This document shows, one piece after another, positions 41,032-54,485 of a stretch of 64,000 bases of DNA. The notes below the pieces were generated by a model. The model saw only the letters and a list, made by a program, of their open reading frames with translations, had not been told where the DNA came from and ran no database searches. A program made the translations under genes and the position numbers. Position 1 is the first letter of the stretch; each line of letters begins with the position of its first letter. Source of the stretch: an uncultured bacterium (GTDB taxonomy: Bacteria > Krumholzibacteriota > Krumholzibacteriia > JACNKJ01); the NCBI GenBank assembly GCA_963695095.1, contig CAVOFT010000001.1, positions 1,120,001-1,184,000 of the forward strand, read 5' to 3'.

Positions 41032-44010
41032 ATGGCCAGCGGCCAAGCACAGAGCGAGCCGGAAGCCATCGGCGGCTTCCGCGTGCTGGGCACGCTGGGC
41101 CGGGGCGGCAGCGGGGTCGTCTACCTGGCCGAGGACCCCGGCCTCGAGCGCCGGGTAGCGCTCAAGGTACTGGCTGCCGCCTTCGCTGCGGATCCCGAGC
41201 GGGTCGATCGCCTGCGCCGTGAAGCGCGCCTGCTCGCCAGCTTGAACCACCCCAACATCGCGGCCATCTACGGCCTCATCGAAGCCCCCCGCGAGCCGCT
41301 GGCCCTGGTGCTGGAACTGGTGAGCGGCGAGAGTCTCGCTGCGCGCCTCGCCCGCGGCCCGCTGGCGCTGGCCGAGGCGCTCACGCTCGCGCGCCAGATG
41401 GCCGCGGGCTTGGAGGCGGCCCACGAGCAAGGCGTCATCCATCGCGATCTCAAGCCGGCGAACGTGATGCTCACGGCCAAGGGCACCGTGAAGCTGGTCG
41501 ATTTCGGCCTCGCGCGCTCGGGCCCAGTCGGTACGGGCCCCGCGGACTCCACCCGCTCGCTTACCCTCGAGGCCCAGGGGACCGTCTTCGGCACGCCCGG
41601 CTACATGAGCCCGGAGCAGGCCCGCGGGCTGCCCCTGGATCCGCGGGCGGACATCTTCGCCTTCGGCTGCATCCTCTTCGAGTGTCTGAGCGGACGGCCG
41701 GCCTTCGCCGGCGCGAACCCGCTGGAAGTCCTGGCCCGCACGCTGGAGGGCGAGCCGGACTGGGTCGCCCTGCCGCCCGGGCTGCCCGAGGATCTGCGCG
41801 CACTGCTCGGAGGCTGCCTCGCCCGGGGTGCGGAGGCCCGCCTGGCCGACATGGGCGAGTTGGCGCGGGTCCTGGCCGCCGTCGTCGAGGGCGGTGCCGA
41901 GGCGGCGCGCCCTGCCGCCACTCACAACCTACCGCTCACGCTCACTCGTTTCGTGGGGCGCGAGCGCGAGCTGGCCGAGTTGAAGCGGCTGCTCGGCTTT
42001 GCGCGCCTGGTCACGATCACGGGGACGGGCGGTGCCGGCAAGACGCGGGTGGCCCTGGAACTGGCCCGCGAGCTGGCGCCAAGTTACCCGCACGGCGTCT
42101 GGCTGGCCGAGTTCGCCCTGATTCGCGATCCGGAGCGAGTGCCCGGGGTCCTGGCCGCGGCCCTGGGCCTGCACGAGGAACTGCAGCGCCCCCTCGTCGC
42201 CACCCTTGCCAACCACTTGCGCGAAAAGGCCTGCCTGCTCGTCCTGGATAACTGCGAGCACCTGCTCGCAACCTGCGCGCAGCTGATTCACGCGCTGCTT
42301 GCCGGCTGCCCGCGCCTGCGCGTCCTGGCCACCAGCCGGGAGCGCTTCGCGCTGACCGGCGAACAGGACTACCCCTTGCCTTCGCTTTCGCTGCCCCTCG
42401 GTGAGGACCCCCAGCGCCTCGCCCAGTCGGAGGCGCTGCGGCTCTTCGTCGACCGCGCGCGCCTGGTGCGCCCGGACTGGGAGCTCGCGCCGGCCGAGGT
42501 GCCGGCGGTGGCGCGCATTTGCCGCCGCCTGGACGGCATTCCGCTGGCCATCGAGCTGGCGGCTGCACGCGTACGCGTGCTCACCATCGAGGCCATCGAA
42601 GCGCGACTGGATGACCGCTTCCGCCTGCTCGTGGGCGCGGGCGCAGCGGCGGACCCCGCTAGCTTGCCCCAGCACGAGACCCTGCGCGCCGCGCTGGACT
42701 GGAGCTACGACTTGCTCGCACCGTCGGAGCAGAAGCTCCTGCGCGGGCTCGCCGTCTTCGCCGGGGGCTGGACGCTGGAACTGGCCACGGCGGTCTGCGG
42801 CGAGGGCGGGGACGAATTCGATCTGCTCGAGCAGCTCACGCACTTCGTCGACAAGTCACTGGTGGTCGTGGGTCAGGGCACGGGCGGCGAGGCGCGCTAC
42901 CGCCTGCTCGAGACCCTGCGCCAGTACGGACTCGAGGCGCTCGAGCGGGCGGGGGAAGCGCCCGCCCGTCGCGATGGGCATCTGGACGCCTGCCTGCGCC
43001 TGGGTGAGGAGGCCGCGCCGCACCTCAAGGGCGGCCAGCAACTGCGCTGGATCCGGCGCCTGGCCGCCGAGCAGGAGAACCTGCTCGCCGCGCTCGCGTG
43101 GTCGGAGCAGGCAGCAGGGGGCAGCGGGAAGGGCCTGCGCCTGGCCGCCGCCATCTGGCCCTTCTGGGAGGCTCGCAGCCATTTCAGCCTCGGCCGCGCG
43201 CTGCTGGCCCGGGCCATCGAGCGGGCCCGGCTCGAGGAGGCGCCGACGCGGGCCCTGGCGCGGGCCCTGACGGGAGCCGGCAACCTGGCCTGGGCCCAGG
43301 TCGACTATGTCGAAGCCAAGGCCCGCTATACCGACAGCCTGGCCGTGTGTCGCGCACTCGGCGAGCCGAGGGGCATCGCCGTTGCCCTCGGCAGCCTGGG
43401 GCTCGTGGCCCTCGACTCGGCAACGCTTCCGGAGGCCGAGGCCTTGTTCACGGAGGCGCTGGGCCTCTTTCGGGAGCTGGGGGACCGGCTGGGCACCTGC
43501 CGCACCCTGGCCAACCTGGCGATCGTCCGCCGCAGCCAGGGGCAGCCCGAGGAGGCGCGGCGATTGCAGGAGGAGAATCTCGCCATTCGGCGCGAGCTGG
43601 GTGACGCCCGCGGCGTCGGTCTCGCCCATTACAACCTCAGCGTCATCGCCCTCCAGCTCGGCGAGCTGCCGGCGGCGCGCGGCCATGTCGCCCGGGCATT
43701 GCGCGGCTTCAGCGAATTGGAGGACCGCTTTCATCAGGCCAGCAGCCTGGAGCGAGCCAGCGAGCTGGCGGCCTTTCTGAACGAGGCTACCCGAGCCGTC
43801 GGCCTCCGGGCTGCTGCCGGTGCACTGCGCGCATCATTGGGTGCCCCCGTAGCTCCGAAGGCGGTCGAGGAACGCGAGAACTTCATGATCGCCATGCGAG
43901 CGGCGCTCGGCGAGGCGGGCTTCGCCCAGTCCTGGGCGGCCGGGGAGTCCGCCAGCTATCGGGAGGTGGTGACCGAGACTCTCGACTGGCTCGATGGCCC
44001 CAGCGCCTAG
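41032..44010 (+). CDS. Ser/Thr protein kinase - STAND (NB-ARC-like) ATPase - TPR protein
   Basis: [73 protein letters not shown]-like helices. Confidence 0.92.
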   Translation: MASGQAQSEPEAIGGFRVLGTLGRGGSGVVYLAEDPGLERRVALKVLAAAFAADPERVDRLRREARLLASLNHPNIAAIYGLIEAPREPLALVLELVSGESLAARLARGPLALAEALTLARQMAAGLEAAHEQGVIHRDLKPANVMLTAKGTVKLVDFGLARSGPVGTGPADSTRSLTLEAQGTVFGTPGYMSPEQARGLPLDPRADIFAFGCILFECLSGRPAFAGANPLEVLARTLEGEPDWVALPPGLPEDLRALLGGCLARGAEARLADMGELARVLAAVVEGGAEAARPAATHNLPLTLTRFVGRERELAELKRLLGFARLVTITGTGGAGKTRVALELARELAPSYPHGVWLAEFALIRDPERVPGVLAAALGLHEELQRPLVATLANHLREKACLLVLDNCEHLLATCAQLIHALLAGCPRLRVLATSRERFALTGEQDYPLPSLSLPLGEDPQRLAQSEALRLFVDRARLVRPDWELAPAEVPAVARICRRLDGIPLAIELAAARVRVLTIEAIEARLDDRFRLLVGAGAAADPASLPQHETLRAALDWSYDLLAPSEQKLLRGLAVFAGGWTLELATAVCGEGGDEFDLLEQLTHFVDKSLVVVGQGTGGEARYRLLETLRQYGLEALERAGEAPARRDGHLDACLRLGEEAAPHLKGGQQLRWIRRLAAEQENLLAALAWSEQAAGGSGKGLRLAAAIWPFWEARSHFSLGRALLARAIERARLEEAPTRALARALTGAGNLAWAQVDYVEAKARYTDSLAVCRALGEPRGIAVALGSLGLVALDSATLPEAEALFTEALGLFRELGDRLGTCRTLANLAIVRRSQGQPEEARRLQEENLAIRRELGDARGVGLAHYNLSVIALQLGELPAARGHVARALRGFSELEDRFHQASSLERASELAAFLNEATRAVGLRAAAGALRASLGAPVAPKAVEERENFMIAMRAALGEAGFAQSWAAGESASYREVVTETLDWLDGPSA

Positions 44011-44061
44011 CCCAGCGGCCGACGGCCGCGCCCACAGTCGCGCCCCAGGCCTCACATTCGC

Positions 44062-44096
44062 GTGACCTTCCTGCACGGACCGTGTAGAGTCTTCAC
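44062..44096. promoter_or_regulatory. Tandem GTG-N9-CAC dyads (candidate activator sites)
   Basis: GTGACCTTCCTGCAC (44062-44076) and GTGTAGAGTCTTCAC (44082-44096), 100-120 bp upstream of a -24 box. Confidence 0.4.
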
Positions 44097-44127
44097 GGTT
44101 CGCGGTCCGGCGCCCTCCAGGATCATC

Positions 44128-44140
44128 GATCAAGTCATTA
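44128..44140 (+). promoter_or_regulatory. Candidate IHF site
   Basis: GATCAAGTCATTA, one mismatch to WATCAANNNNTTR, in an AT-rich patch. Confidence 0.5.
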
Positions 44141-44179
44141 TATCGTAATCATTTACAGGATCGAAGCCACAGGGGGAGC

Positions 44180-44196
44180 TGGGTACGCGACTTGCG
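44180..44196 (+). promoter_or_regulatory. sigma54 -24/-12 promoter
   Basis: GGTAC-GCGAC-TTGC: GG (44182-83), 10 nt, GC (44194-95); ATG at 44225. Confidence 0.6.
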
Positions 44197-44224
44197 CCAA
44201 CTCGGGGTGTCGGCCAGGAGGATC

Positions 44225-45637
44225 ATGCCCCGCCCGCTCGCCATTGGTTCCCGATCAGCCCGCCAAGGGATACCGCTCCTGGTCGCTGCCCTGCTTTGCC
44301 TTTCGCCCGTGGGGGCGCGAGCGCGGGACGGCGCCCAGACCCCCGCCGGCCTGCGCGTCGAGGCCGTGAGCTTCGTCGGGCAGTGGAAGACGCACCGGGT
44401 CGTGCTGGAGCGCCTGCTCGCCCTGGCGCCCGGGGATGCCGTCGACGCCGCCGCTCTGGCCGCCGCGCGGGCGCGGCTGCTCGACTCGGGCTACTTCGCG
44501 AGCGTCGAGCTGACGACCCGCCCCGGCGCCGAGCGGGGTGGCCTGCTCGTCGACGTGAGCGTGAGGGAGCGCCACCGGCCCTATCTCGACACGGGCTTCG
44601 GCTTCCGCGACCCCGAGGGCTGGTACCTCACCCTGATCGGTCTGCGCCTGGAAAACCCGGTGGGCCTGGGCGGGCGCGCGACCCTGGGCCTGCAGCTCGG
44701 CTTCCGCACGGCCGGGGCCGAGGCCCAGTGGCTGCAGCCGCTGAGCGCCCGCGGCGCCCTCGCCCTGCGCCTGCGCCTGCGCGGCCAGAACGAGAAGCTC
44801 ATCTGGTACGCGAACGAGCCGGGCTGGCTGGGCCTCTACGACGAGCAGCGTCTGGGCCTGGAGCGGCAGGAGGCGGCGCTCAGCCTGCTCTGGCGCCCGC
44901 GCCCGGCGCTCGGCCTGGAGCTGGGCCTGGCTGCGCAGAGCGTCGAGCCCGATGCGGAGGGCGAGAACCGCGACACCGACAGCGAGATCCCCACCTACCG
45001 CCTGCCGCCCGCCTTCCAGACCGAGACCGGCCGCCGCGCGCTGAACGGCCTGCTCCTCGGCCTCAACCTGGGCGAAGGCGGCATGGACGGGACGCCCGGC
45101 CATTCGCTGAGTCTGCGCGGGCGTCTGGTGAGCGAGGGGCTCGGCGCCGAGGCCGACTACGCGCGCTGGACCCTGGCCGCCCGCGCCACCGAGGCCCTGC
45201 CCGCGGGGCAGCGCCTCGCGCTCGGGCTTCGCGCCGGCTGGCTGGGGGAGGCGGCGCCCTACTACGAGCGCTTCCGTCTGGGCGGCTCCTACTCGCTGCG
45301 CGGCTTTCGCGATCACAGCCTCTCGCCGCCCGAAGGGCACGACGGCTTTCTCAGCGCGGCCCTCGAGTACCGCCTGCCGCTGCTGCGCGCGCGGAGCGGC
45401 GGCGAGCGGCTCGGCGCCCTGGCCTTCGCCGACGCGGGTCGCGGCTGGCTCGAGCGGACGGGCTCCCTCGCCGAGCCCGACGTCGACTACGAGAAGTGGC
45501 AGCTGGGCGCAGGCTACGGCCTCCGTCTCACCTTGCCCTGGCTGGGCACCCTGGGCCTGGACCTGGGCTTCCCGGTGACGGCCGGCATCACGGGCGAGCC
45601 GGTCTGGGTCTATCTCACCCTGGGGCACAGCTTCTAG
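44225..45637 (+). CDS. Omp85 (BamA/TamA superfamily) protein with a single POTRA domain
   Basis: Signal peptide, POTRA (G..KT...V..R...L..G, RLLDSGYF.SV, V.V.E), LGGSYSLRGF lid motif, GAGYGLR, terminal Phe. Confidence 0.85.
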   Translation: MPRPLAIGSRSARQGIPLLVAALLCLSPVGARARDGAQTPAGLRVEAVSFVGQWKTHRVVLERLLALAPGDAVDAAALAAARARLLDSGYFASVELTTRPGAERGGLLVDVSVRERHRPYLDTGFGFRDPEGWYLTLIGLRLENPVGLGGRATLGLQLGFRTAGAEAQWLQPLSARGALALRLRLRGQNEKLIWYANEPGWLGLYDEQRLGLERQEAALSLLWRPRPALGLELGLAAQSVEPDAEGENRDTDSEIPTYRLPPAFQTETGRRALNGLLLGLNLGEGGMDGTPGHSLSLRGRLVSEGLGAEADYARWTLAARATEALPAGQRLALGLRAGWLGEAAPYYERFRLGGSYSLRGFRDHSLSPPEGHDGFLSAALEYRLPLLRARSGGERLGALAFADAGRGWLERTGSLAEPDVDYEKWQLGAGYGLRLTLPWLGTLGLDLGFPVTAGITGEPVWVYLTLGHSF

Positions 45638-46406
45638 TGCGGCGCGCGTGGCGCAGGGGGCGGCCGGTGGCGCGAGGGGCGAGCCGCGGCGCAAGGGTCT
45701 TCGCGTTCGCGGCGCTCGCCTTTGCGGCGCTCGTCGCCGCGGACGCCCAGGCCATCGAACAGACGGCGCGCATCGAGCGCGTGGAGCTGGCCCGCGCCGA
45801 GGGCGAGCTCGTCGCCGACGTCGACGTGGTCGCGCTCTTCAGTCCGCCGCTGGAAAACACGCTGAAGAGCGGCCTGCCCGTGGTGGTGGACCTCGCCCTC
45901 GAGCTGCGCCCGGCCGCGGGCCGCGCCATGGGGCGCCTGGTGCGCAGCACGCTGAGCTACGACGTTTGGAAGGATCGCTATCGCCTCGAGCGCGGGGGCC
46001 GCCACTGGGACTATCCCGACCTCGCCACCCTGCGCGCGGCGGGCAGCCGCTACGAGGCGCTGCCGCTGGCGGCCCTGGCCGCCCTCGGCGCGGGCAGCCT
46101 CACACTGAGCCTGCGCGTGGCCGTGGATCCCCTGGGCGGCGCCGAGCGCGAGCGCATGGAGCGCTGGCTCGCCCGCACGGTGAGCGACCCGGCGGATCCC
46201 TCCGCGCGAGAGCTGCGCCTGGACCTGGGCGCACTCCTGGGCAGCGTCTTCGGCGGCAAGGGCGAGCAGGGCTGGGGGCCCGAGCGCCTGATCGGGCCCT
46301 TCGCCGTGGCGGCGCTCGCCCAGCGCGCGCCGGTGGTGGAAGCGCCGACCGCTTCCGCGCCGGCGACGCCCGCCCCGGCGAGCGACGGCAAGGAGGCGCC
46401 CGGACC

Positions 46407-46410
<4 letters not shown>
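45637..46410 (+). CDS. DUF4390-like periplasmic protein
   Basis: Signal peptide; LKSGLPVVV, LSYDVWKDRYRL; overlaps both neighbours; directly precedes a sensor kinase. Exact start uncertain. Confidence 0.65.
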
Positions 46411-49358
<2,948 letters not shown>

Positions 49359-49362
<4 letters not shown>

Positions 49363-50810
49363 TCCTCGTCACCGGTGCCACCGGCTACATCGGCGGGCGG
49401 CTGGTGCCGCGGCTGCTGGAGCAGGGCCAGCGGGTGCGCTGCCTGGTGCGCGATCCGGCGCGGCTGGAGGGGCGGCCCTGGCAGCGCGCGGTCGAGATCG
49501 TGGCGGGCGACGTGCTCGACGCGGCCACCCTGCCGGCGGCGATGGAGGGCGTCAGCGCCGCCTACTACCTGGTGCACAGCATGGCGGGGGGCGCGGACTT
49601 CCACGCGCAGGACCTGCGCGCTGCCGAGAACTTCGCGCGGGCTGCCCGCGCTGCGGGCGTGGAGCGCATCCTCTACCTGGGCGGGCTGGCGGTGGCCTCG
49701 CCGGAGCTCTCCGAGCACCTGCGCTCGCGCCAGGAGACCGGCGCGGCCCTCGGCAGCGCGGGCCTGCCGGTTACCGAGTTCCGCGCGGGCGTCATCGTCG
49801 GCTCGGGCAGCCTCTCCTTCGAGATGATCCGCTACCTGACCGAGCGCGTGCCGGTCATGATCTGCCCGCGCTGGGTCTACACGCGTACGCAGCCCATCGC
49901 CGTGCGCGACGTGCTGGACTACCTGGTCGCGGGGCTGGCCACGCCGGCCAGCGCCGGGCGCGTGGTCGAGATCGGCGGCGAGGACGTCGTCACCTACGGC
50001 GACATGATGCTGATCTACGCCGAGGTGCGCGGCCTCAAGCGCTGGATGCTGCCGGTGCCCGTGCTGACGCCGCGCCTGTCGTCCTACTGGGTGAACCTGG
50101 TGACGCCGATTCCGGCCGCGATCGCGCGACCGCTGATCGAAGGGCTGAAGAGCGAGAGCGTGGTGCACGACCCGAGCGGCATGGCGCTCTTCCCCGAGAT
50201 CCGGCCGGCGGGCTACCGGCAGGCGGTGGAGCGCGCGCTGGCGAGCCTGGAGGCGAGCGCGGTGGAGACCGCCTGGAGCGACGCGCTGAGCAGCAGCCAG
50301 GGCAAGCTGCCGCCGGTGGTGCTGACGACGCAGGAGGGGATGATCATCGAGCGGCGGCAGCGCCTCGTGCGCGCAACGCCGGCGGCGGTGCACGGCGTCT
50401 ACACGGGCCTCGGCGGCGAGCGTGGCTGGACCACGATGAACTGGGCCTGGCGTCTGCGCGGCGGCTTCGACCGCCTGCTCGGCGGCGTGGGCCTGCGCCG
50501 CGGCCGTCGCGATCCGGACGCGCTGCGCGTGGGCGAGGCGCTGGACTTCTGGCGGGTGGAAGCGGTGGAGCCCGATCGGCTGCTGCGCCTGCGCGCCGAG
50601 ATGAAGGTGCCGGGCAAGGCCTGGCTGCAGTTCGAGGTGACGCCGCGGGCGGGGGGCGAGCTGCTGCTCGCCCAGACGGCCTTCTTCGCGCCCAAGGGCC
50701 TGTCGGGCTGGCTCTACTGGTACGGCCTGTATCCCTTCCACGCGCTGATCTTCAGCCGACTGATCGAGCAGATCGCCCGGCGGGCCGAGGTCCGGCAGGG
50801 CGGGTCCTAG
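49359..50810 (+). CDS. NAD(P)-binding SDR-like protein with C-terminal DUF2867-like domain (YbjT-like)
   Basis: [48 protein letters not shown]. Confidence 0.88.
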
Positions 50811-50835
50811 CGCGCCGGGCAGCGGTGGCCAGTGG

Positions 50836-51462
50836 CTATTCGCCGCCGAGGTAGAGCGTGAGGCCGACCATGACGCTCCACTGGTCGTAGTCGAGGGCCT
50901 CGGCGCTCTCCAGGACGGCGTCGCCGAGCTTGCGGTCGACGTCGATGAACTCGAAGCGCAGCTCCGTGAACATCGCCAGGCGCGGCGAGGCCGAGAACTC
51001 GGCGCCGGCGCCGAGCAGCCAGCCGAAGGCGTTCTCGCTGTCGTCGGCTTGCAGGTTCTCGATGCTCTGCTCGAGGTCGCCGAAGTCGTAGCCGATGTAG
51101 CGCCACTGGGCGCCGACGGCGGCATAGGGCGTGAGCGCGCTCAGCGGCAGGTAGAGGCGCGCCATGAGCGAGATCGGCACGCTGTAGGCCTGGTAGCCGA
51201 CGGCCTCGCCGCCGGCCGGCGTGACGGAGAAGTCCTCGTCCAGCTTGTAGGAGACGGAGCCGAAGACGCCGAGCATGGGCCCGGGCCGCAGCTCGACGTG
51301 GGCGCCCAGCGTGGGGCTGCCGCTCTCGGCGTCGCGCGACTCGCCGTAGGCGCCGTGGATGCCGAGGCCGAGGCCGCTGGGGGCGGCGAGCACGCGACTC
51401 TGAAGGCCTGATGCGGCAAGGGCCAAGGACGCGAAGAGAAGCGCCTTGATGGTTCCGTGCAT
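50836..51462 (-). CDS. Outer-membrane beta-barrel protein (8-stranded porin-like)
   Basis: Signal peptide, alternating strands, PYAAVG, FGWLLGAGAEF, VGLTLY; GGGGAGGA RBS. Confidence 0.8.
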   Translation of the reverse strand: MHGTIKALLFASLALAASGLQSRVLAAPSGLGLGIHGAYGESRDAESGSPTLGAHVELRPGPMLGVFGSVSYKLDEDFSVTPAGGEAVGYQAYSVPISLMARLYLPLSALTPYAAVGAQWRYIGYDFGDLEQSIENLQADDSENAFGWLLGAGAEFSASPRLAMFTELRFEFIDVDRKLGDAVLESAEALDYDQWSVMVGLTLYLGGE

Positions 51463-51626
51463 GACTTGGTTCCTCCCCATGGCCGTCTGCGTGGTCATTG
51501 GCAGATCTGGTGACCTGACGACCGCCCTGGAAGCTAGGCGAGTGTCCTCGGCCTGTCAAAGATTGCCGCCCGGCACATCCCCAGACTGCGCCGCTGGGGT
51601 GAGGCGAGCCGATGGAAGGGCACTCC

Positions 51627-51641
51627 GTGAATAAAATTCAC
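51627..51641. promoter_or_regulatory. Perfect dyad GTGAAT-AAA-ATTCAC (GTG-N9-CAC, candidate activator site)
   Basis: Perfect 6-bp arms, 126 bp upstream of a -24 box; same geometry as 44062-44096. Confidence 0.45.
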
Positions 51642-51700
51642 TCATGGCGGAGTGGGTCGAGGCCAGGGCGAACCGCGTCTATACCGTGCAAGCCATTATT

Positions 51701-51713
51701 TTTCAACAGATTG
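51701..51713 (+). promoter_or_regulatory. Candidate IHF site
   Basis: TTTCAACAGATTG, one mismatch to WATCAANNNNTTR, preceded by an A/T tract. Confidence 0.5.
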
Positions 51714-51750
51714 ACAAGTGAGTACTTCGGTTCCTGCGCTCCTGCCCGCC

Positions 51751-51767
51751 CCGGCACACCCCTTGCG
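51751..51767 (+). promoter_or_regulatory. sigma54 -24/-12 promoter
   Basis: GGCAC-ACCCC-TTGC: GG (51753-54), 10 nt, GC (51765-66); AGGAGG RBS and ATG at 51815. Confidence 0.7.
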
Positions 51768-51814
51768 CTAGCCGCCTCGGAAGCCAATCACCGAGCCCCG
51801 AGGAGGCACTCCAA

Positions 51815-53737
51815 ATGAAGAAGCGAACCCCCGCCCGCCGCGCCCTGGCCCTGCTGGCGATCCCCCTGGCGGCCATCGCCCTGCTCAGCGGCTGCGAGCG
51901 CACGACGCCGAGCGAGACTCCCCCGGACGCCGACGTGGCCGCCAGCTTCGCGGCCAGCGCCCAGTCCGCGGCCACCGTGAACGAGAACCTCCAGCTCGCC
52001 CAGCTCTTCGCCAATCCCATGGCCAGCGCCACCGGCGACCTGGGCCTGGCCGAGGACCCCGAGTTCGACCCCTGGACCGGCCAGGGCGTGGACTTCCCCC
52101 AGCTCGCCCTCGTCAACGCCCAGGCCTTCCGCGCCGCGGCCGCCCTGCAGGTCACGGCGGCGCGGAGCGCCAGGGCCGGCCGCAAGGCCACGGCCGCGCT
52201 GCCGGCTTATGATGCCGGCCCCGGCTTCGACCGCGCCGAGGGCGACACCCTCTCGGTCGAGTACTTCAACAGCGCCGACAGCACCGGCCTGAACGCCGTC
52301 ATCGAGGCCGCGGGCCAGGACATGGTGCGCTTCGTGGCGATCCGCGATTATCCGAACGCCATCCTCTGGCAGGTGAGCCATCGCGAGAGCGAGGTGCTCA
52401 TCGACACCAACGGCACGCTCGCGGATCCCGAGGACGACAGCTACCACCGCCTCAGCATCGGCGAGACCCTGGCCAACGGCCAGGTCTCCAGCGGCTTGAT
52501 CCAGCCCGTTGCCGGCCCCGGCCCCATCGGTCCGGACACCCTGGTCGAGGCGGACCTGCGCGTTGACGACCCCTCCTTCCACCCCTTCCAGGCCTGGATC
52601 GAGACCGTCGTGCGCATGGAGATCGGCGCCCTGGACACCGAGGGCGACGAGGTCTTCCACCGCCTCGCCAACACCGTCCACTGGAAGAGCGGCGCCGAGC
52701 AGACGGCCGTGATCGAGGCCGCCGGCGGCGGCGCGATCGTGAACGGCAGCGAGGTCACCCTCACCGCCACCTTCACCGCCGCGCCCGGCAACCCCTGGCT
52801 CGAGAGCGTCGAGGATCACATCCGCGCCAACCTGGGCGAGCTCGAGGACGAGGGCGACGACCTGCTCCTCGAGATCGGCCGCGTCTCCACCTTCGACGGC
52901 CAGACCGCCGAGGGCGATTCGCCCAGCGCCACGGTCACCTTCACCCCCGAAGACCCCGTCGGCGTCGGCGAGGAGCCCTGCGGCGGCAACTTCGAGGAGG
53001 AGATCTTCTACGCGGCCGGCTGGTGGCTGCAGCACGCCCAGCGCCAGGTGGAGATCAGCTGCGCCGGCGCCGGCAGCTACCATCTGCACCTGGACTTCCT
53101 CGACGGCAGCTCTCTGGATCGCACGATCACCTGGGACGGCGCCGGGGCCGCCACGCTCACCGAGAGCCGCCCGGACGGCGTCAGCGTCGAGGGCGAGTTC
53201 AACGAGAGCAGCGGCGAGTACAGCGTGATCACCACCTTCGCCGCCGGCAGCGACCCCGTGAGCCGCGAGCAGACCGGCACCATCCTGCCGGGCAGCCTCG
53301 CCGCCCGCGACGAGTTCTTCTGGCAGGACGACCACGCCGACTACCGGACCTTCACGGCCACCGAGACCGCGGAGGGCTGGACGGCCACCGGCCAGCACGT
53401 GAAGGGCGGGCTCACGGAGACCTTCAGCGTCACGGGCACGGCCAGCACCCTGACCGGCGAGTGGAGCCGCACGGCCGCGGGCGTCAACGCCAGCGGCGAG
53501 TACACGCTCGAGGCCCTGGACGCGGGCGGCGCGCACCTCGTCTTCAGCGCGCGGGACACCCTCGCCGAGGGCAACCCCAGCGCCGTGGGCGACTTCTGGT
53601 ACGCCGCCGACGGCAGCGGCCACGGCACCCTGGTCTACACGCAGTTCGGCCACACGGTGACCTACAACGTCAGCTGGACCGGCGACGGCGCCGGCACCCT
53701 CAGCGACGGACAGGGCAACACGATTCCCCTGGGCTGA
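51815..53737 (+). CDS. Large acidic beta-rich lipoprotein of unknown function
   Basis: Lipobox LLSGC, strong codon bias, Thr/Gly/Asp/Glu-rich beta-hairpins, internal repeats. Confidence 0.8.
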   Translation: MKKRTPARRALALLAIPLAAIALLSGCERTTPSETPPDADVAASFAASAQSAATVNENLQLAQLFANPMASATGDLGLAEDPEFDPWTGQGVDFPQLALVNAQAFRAAAALQVTAARSARAGRKATAALPAYDAGPGFDRAEGDTLSVEYFNSADSTGLNAVIEAAGQDMVRFVAIRDYPNAILWQVSHRESEVLIDTNGTLADPEDDSYHRLSIGETLANGQVSSGLIQPVAGPGPIGPDTLVEADLRVDDPSFHPFQAWIETVVRMEIGALDTEGDEVFHRLANTVHWKSGAEQTAVIEAAGGGAIVNGSEVTLTATFTAAPGNPWLESVEDHIRANLGELEDEGDDLLLEIGRVSTFDGQTAEGDSPSATVTFTPEDPVGVGEEPCGGNFEEEIFYAAGWWLQHAQRQVEISCAGAGSYHLHLDFLDGSSLDRTITWDGAGAATLTESRPDGVSVEGEFNESSGEYSVITTFAAGSDPVSREQTGTILPGSLAARDEFFWQDDHADYRTFTATETAEGWTATGQHVKGGLTETFSVTGTASTLTGEWSRTAAGVNASGEYTLEALDAGGAHLVFSARDTLAEGNPSAVGDFWYAADGSGHGTLVYTQFGHTVTYNVSWTGDGAGTLSDGQGNTIPLG

Positions 53738-53760
53738 TCGCCGGAGGCGGACTAGGATTC

Positions 53761-53802
53761 GGCTCGGGCCGGCGCTCGCGAGAGCGGCCGGCCCGGGCCT
53801 TT
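53761..53802 (+). terminator. GC-rich hairpin (terminator or mRNA stabiliser) after the lipoprotein gene
   Basis: GGCTCGGGCCGGC...GCCGGCCCGGGCC followed by TTT. Confidence 0.45.
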
Positions 53803-53822
53803 GCCGTCGCGAGGAGATCGCC

Positions 53823-54485
53823 GTGACCCTTCGCCTTCTCGCCGCGCTTGTCGCGCTCCTCCTGCTGTCCGCCTCGGGGCTCGGGGCGGCTTCCGCGCGC
53901 GCTGAAGTGACAGGCGAGGCGGGCGCGCCGGCGCCGGGCGAAGGCCGCTGGGAGCTGGGGCTGGGCGCCCAGGGCGGCTGGGCGCATCTGGAAGAGGCGG
54001 CGCCGGACGGCTTCGCCCTCAGCGAGGGCCCCGGCTACGGGCTCGTGATCGGCGTCGGCCGCCGCCTCGCGCCGCGGGCCACCGCCACCTTCACCCTGCT
54101 CGCCGCCCGGCACGACACCAACCAAATGTCAGCGAAGGCAGAATGGAGCGCCGGCCTCCTCGGCCTACGCTACGAACTCGCGCGAGGCGGCGGCCTGGCG
54201 CCCTACCTGCACGGCGGCCTCGGCGGCGTGAACCTGCGCATCCGCTCGGACGGCGAAGGCGGCGGCCTCGCCGAAGAGCTGAAGCTGACCGGCCTGGCCG
54301 GCCTGCTCGGCGCGGGCCTGCGCCTGGCGCTGAGCCCACGCTTCCAGCTCGACCTCGAGCTGGACCACCTCATCGTCAACTACGCGGACGAATCGGTAGT
54401 CCTCGAGAGCGGCTACACGGGCACGCGCATCGACAAGGCGGGCCGCTTCACGCGCCTGGCCTGCGTCGCCCGCTGGCTGTTCTAG
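53823..54485 (+). CDS. Outer-membrane beta-barrel protein
   Basis: Signal peptide, WELGLGAQGG, PYLHGGLG, LGAGLR, terminal Phe. Confidence 0.75.
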   Translation: MTLRLLAALVALLLLSASGLGAASARAEVTGEAGAPAPGEGRWELGLGAQGGWAHLEEAAPDGFALSEGPGYGLVIGVGRRLAPRATATFTLLAARHDTNQMSAKAEWSAGLLGLRYELARGGGLAPYLHGGLGGVNLRIRSDGEGGGLAEELKLTGLAGLLGAGLRLALSPRFQLDLELDHLIVNYADESVVLESGYTGTRIDKAGRFTRLACVARWLF

